64,000 nt of DNA. Origin: Eimeria praecox (Eukaryota). The DNA lies in the NCBI GenBank assembly GCA_963920595.1, contig OY986948.1:1984001-2048000 (forward strand), read 5' to 3'. Positions within the stretch are counted from its first letter, which is position 1, and each line of letters opens with the position of its first letter. The notes beneath the pieces are model-generated. The model was not told the origin of the DNA, made no database searches, and was given only the letters and a program-made list of their open reading frames with translations. Shown here piece by piece: positions 59,301 through 64,000 of this stretch. The translations under genes and the position numbers were made by a program.

Positions 59301-62300
59301 CACGACAAAGCAGTTGCTATATATCATGCTCGGCATGCGTGAGAGCCATAAGGAGTAAACGATGATGAATCTGCGAGTCCTGCGTTGGGATGAATATGCG
59401 TCCGTGGAACCCCTACAAAGTGAAAATCGTAAGCGTCCAAAGCCCACTGCAGCATCAGGCATGCGGCATTTGCCATCAGAGCTTTCTGCTCCTCTGTTAC
59501 CAAGTCCTGTAGCAGCAGCGCAGATCTCCATTCAAACTGTACTCTGAAGCTTTAGATGAAGGACAATCCAGAGTCGCATTGCTGGCAAGACGAGCACAGT
59601 GGATACTGCCCATTCAATAATGTGCTCTTACTACGGACCCTACGCAGCGTGGTGCGGCGGCCAAATGCGAGGACGAGCTTGCAATGTGCGAGCATCCTGA
59701 GGAGGCCTGCCATTTTTGGATTGATCGGCGCCGGCGGTATTCCAGCCGGTATCTTCGCACATATTACAGAAACGCAAGGACAAAACCAGCTTTGAAGCGC
59801 AGGGCTTGCCTGGGCATGTGTGTCTTGGATTTATTACATTGAACAGCATTAGTGTGTAAAACCACATACTTTAGAAGCTTCGTCTGTTGCAATGACGGCA
59901 AGAAGCAGCTTAAGACTCGTCAGCTGCGCACACACGCCACAGCGAAGAAGCAAACAAAGGAGGGCTGGAGTGAACACAAAACCGTCGAGCATTTGGCCCT
60001 AGCATTTCTAATGCAATCCATTCAGTGCGCGCGGGATACTCACGTCCTCGGCGGTTTGAGAAACAGAGAGAGCAGCGCTCAGGGAAACCGCAGCCTGCAA
60101 CCCTGAGATGCACTCTCGCCAGTCGCGTCCAAGATATGACAACCTGGACAAATGGCACGAACAATGCAATCAAAAACCATCAGTGTTTCATCTTTACACA
60201 AAGAGCATTGCTGAAAGCGAAACGATTAGTGCAGAAGCTGAAAGCTCATAAAACAGGTCAAACTCAGGCTTCTTGCAAAGCTGTGGTGACTACGACGGCA
60301 GCACAGATGTCTTCACCAATATGTTTTTTGGACTGACTCACCAAGCCTGAGCAACGGTCACATCTAGAGTGGCTGGATGATGGCCTCCCCAGTGGTATTC
60401 CAGTAAACGCTGGATCCGGTAGGTAGTGGCTGCAAGCAGGGAACTAGGAGGGGGCTTCGCCGAGCCGTGGGTGGCAGCCAGAAGAAGCAACAGGCGGGCT
60501 GGTACCTGAATCCAAAAGCAAGCAAGCAGCGTCCCTCTATACCGAGAAATGCAAGAGTATCATGCAACTAGGTTTAAGCTCAAAGGAGCTGCGAGCATGT
60601 TACGCACTTCTTAAAGGCAGATGACATGTATGGTGGAGAGTATTCGCTGTGTGCACAATGAGAACCGCTGCACACTGAAATGGGGTAGGCAGTGGGCAGC
60701 ATGCTTACAGATGCTGCATGGGACTCGGGGTATTGCAGGATGCACCGCTGAGCCAGCAAGTGGCCAACGTCCCAAGCCTCATATCTGCGTCATCAAGCAA
60801 TCCCAGATATGCGAACCTCTGCCAGTCCCCAAAATTCCCCAGTGTAAGCAGTCTGGAAATACTCTCATATAGTGCAATGGTATTGGTACCTCAGAGCAAC
60901 GCCTACGAGCTCCACTGTGGCCTCCTCTACGTCCCACGAATCCTGCCATCGCGAACACATGAATTCATACTGTTTCTCATCAGGCAAGAAAGATGGAGCA
61001 GCGGGGAGGAATAAGCCAACGTTTACCCTCTTAAAATGGCAAAAACGTGAAGTTGCGAAGTGGGTAACTGGATGCTTGCCTGTGCAATTAGCAAAGGATG
61101 CCCTTGGGTGGTGCTGTACATCGACGCAACAGTGGATGCGCTCAGCCCCTTCCTGGTTTCCGTGCGCGTGTGCCACAAGGGGCTGCTGCATTGGTATACT
61201 ACATGACCGATTAGACGTGATACGACGGTTTGAGCTGGAGAAGGGCTCTGGATGAGGGTTGAGCATGAAGGATTAGCTAGTGGCAATCTCGATGGGTCTC
61301 GAACAAGGGATAGAAGTGGAAGAGAACTAGGCACAGTGACGGAGCGCGAAAGTTTTGGCATCCAACTCTGCAGGCATCAATCCACTCTTCATCAAGTACT
61401 TCGCCCTACGAAGCTGCTCTGCATTACTTCATACTCTCGCTGGTCTCTTCGGCTTAATGCGCTAAATAAACAAAAGTGTACCCATACCCGGATGTGCGAA
61501 GGCATGAGGGGAAATGGCTTATCTAGCATTCTTCCGAGAGTGGCCGCACAGGGGAAGAAGCTAATGCCGCAGTGGTGCTGCAGTGACAACATTTCAGAAC
61601 CCCTCGGCGAGATGAGAGCAATTTGTCAAGTGAAAACACTTAAACTAAAGATACCTCCTTGTCTCCCCTTCAAATTCTGGGGAGATCTGGCGTACCTGCA
61701 GCGATATGTACAGGGCTGGCAGGTAAATTCTATGCCTCCGTACCATCGACGCCTCGACACCGAAAAGCTCAGAACATCTGTGCAAAACAGAAGCACAGCT
61801 GCATAATGCCAGCACTACTGCGACGTAAAAACATAGCGATGCCTGTGGAACTACTAGCTGCAAACCGCCATCGTCGCCAAGGTTGTAAAGCCTCAAGCAA
61901 AGGGCGCATGCTACACCTGCGGCTTAAAAAGTTTCTCCAGAATTCATGAGACTCTATGCACGATCCAAGAGCCACGTTGAACAAGTTCAGAGCGACGAGG
62001 TCCGTCCTGAAATACATAGTGGGAAGGCAATAGCATTTCCCGTGGTGTGGCAGTGTGAACATCTGAAGTTTGATAAAAGCTTCAGGATCTACGAGCAACA
62101 CGATGCAGTTCTTGCAGAGCTGCCCATTCAATTTTACACGGCTGCATAACCAAGACACTTACCAAAAAAAGACGCGGAATTTATGCCTTGTCAAGTCTAA
62201 CAAATAGGGCGAGTCATCGAGCAAGCGAGCGGCTACGAAGAGCGGGAGCTGCAGAAACTTCTCTCTCAGTAACGACTCCTTGCTATACTTTATCCCCCCG

Positions 62301-64000
62301 TCTGTAAAGAGCTCAAATGCAGTGCCGATATATCGCGCCGCTAAGAAAAAAAGGCCCGACCTAATCCGGTGGTGCAACGAAATTACGTGCACTCGTGCTA
62401 GCGAACCGATTACAGCTGAACAGGATTTCACCTTGTCCTTTTACCAAACCTTCGTAGTAGGAAGAGTCGTTACTACTGGCCACACTCTCTCTGTCATCGT
62501 TATTGGCTGCCTGGAGCACACGCGCATTCAAGCGGAAGTGACAAAATGCTGGCCACAGATGGACTATTCGCGCCTGTAGGGATAAGGTATGTCATTATAA
62601 ATGTAAAAGCATGCTTGCCCGGGGCCCAGATGGGCGCAGGTACCTTAAATAATTCTGCTTCGCGGCCTCCAACCCGTAGTACAGAGCCTATCGCCTCTGC
62701 ATTAGCGATACAAAACAAATACAGTTCCTTCAAATGAGAAGCAGGTGCAGCAGTGTTCTTCCCTATCTACTTAGTAAACTGCTGCACGTTTAAGTTCAAC
62801 ACCTCTATGGTCCAGTCACCAGCAACTTTCGTCGTCCCAGATGCTTGGAGTTCCAGATTTGTGCAGAACACCAGTCGGCGGAACACTCCCTTCAGCAGCT
62901 GCTTTAGCGTGCGAGCTACAAGCAAACAGGGGAGAGCACCCACACAAGCACATACAAGCAAATAGAGCCCACGAACTACATTTCCACTCATAAGCTCCAC
63001 ATGTAGCAGCTTGGGCCTCAGGCCGCCACTAATTTGGGCCTCAGGGGGATTGACTTGCCAACGACTTCCACCAGAAGCATGTGCTGGAGCCACGGACTTC
63101 GTGTTCGTTTACACATCGTGCCTTCGAAAAAACACATACGCAGGTGATCATACACTTCAGCCGACGGCCACACGAGAAGTGAACTGGCTAGCTGCATTAC
63201 GGCAACTTAAATGAAGCGTTTCGCTGCCGTGCTGCCCTCCTGCCCACCCAGAAGGCGCATGTTGATGCCGCGTCGATGAAGATAGTTCGTCAGGGATATT
63301 GAGTCGTATGGCCCGTAAGGGTCCATTCTCTCCAGTTCAGCAATCGCACTGGAGCAAGCATGACCACAGCATGCCGCAGTGCGATTTGTGTGGTTTGGTC
63401 TTAACTGGAGCCTAAACAGTTTTCACAGCTAGCGAATTGTTCTTTAGAAAACGATCATGTGGCACACGCGCCAGCGACCTACTCGTCGAGGATGACCGAC
63501 TTCACAAGCGTTCCCAGGCGCTGGGCCTTCCTCCCAGAGTGCCCGCTTCCACAGGAGACAGGCTCGACGTTGCCTCTGTAGGAGCGGCTGTACGCGTGTG
63601 TTATGAAGTGAACGCTGCATCAGGAGCAAGATTTAGGCACATACTCAAGCAAACCTAAGACACGCTTTTCTTTTTGTTTCTTAAAACATGCCGGTCCAAG
63701 CGATCGTTGGCATCTGCCAGGAAGAAGCCGCTCAGGTCTTACAGTTCGTCCATAGGGGCGTACAAGCGACTAAAAGGCGACCGGACAATCGCATCCTGAT
63801 ACGCTTCTCCAGGAGCAGTAGGCTGCGTAGCAAAGAAACCCACGAGCGCGGCTAAAGCATGTCAGTACGATACATAAATAGGCCCTCTTGAAGCAAATAC
63901 AAGCGAATGCACCCTCGCTATATATCTATTTGCCTGGATACCTCCTACGCGCCCCTGGATAGCGACCTATCTCTTCAATCAGTCCATCTAACAGCTTACT

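Noticed and set aside
55300..64000. Degenerate LTR retrotransposon
   Set aside because: No gag, protease, reverse transcriptase (YxDD), RNase H or integrase motifs and no terminal repeats were recognisable.

Overview
Eukaryotic, intron-rich DNA from a coccidian parasite, almost certainly an Eimeria species. The evidence is a 170-aa apicomplexan profilin, CAG tracts translated as poly-Ala/Gln/Ser, interstitial AAACCCT telomere-like heptamers and TGCATGCA octamers. The window crosses a sharp boundary near 37.4-37.8 kb between a repeat-rich segment and a repeat-poor segment. Genes assembled by hand in the repeat-rich part: a plasma-membrane-type Qa syntaxin (5' end outside the window), a low-complexity protein with a possible F-box and split zinc finger, profilin, a divergent pair of alpha/beta hydrolases (one a PST-A-like lysophospholipase) and Hsp110. 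Genes in the repeat-poor part: a choline-transporter-like protein, RAMP4/SERP1, an AVL9(DENN)-MORN fusion, and a poorly resolved minus-strand gene with a TPR-like motif. The most notable unexplained structures are four: (1) telomeric repeats polarised inside introns (AAACCCT after the donor, TTTAGGG before the acceptor), predicting intron-spanning RNA stems; (2) a CRISPR-like telomere-repeat/unique-spacer array in a syntaxin intron; (3) copies of exon or CDS 3' ends placed in the adjacent microsatellite in three genes; (4) a dispersed GGTGTAYRTACACC palindrome found in exons and next to 3' splice sites. All exon models are manual and lack transcript support. Most ORFs in the supplied track are repeat artefacts.
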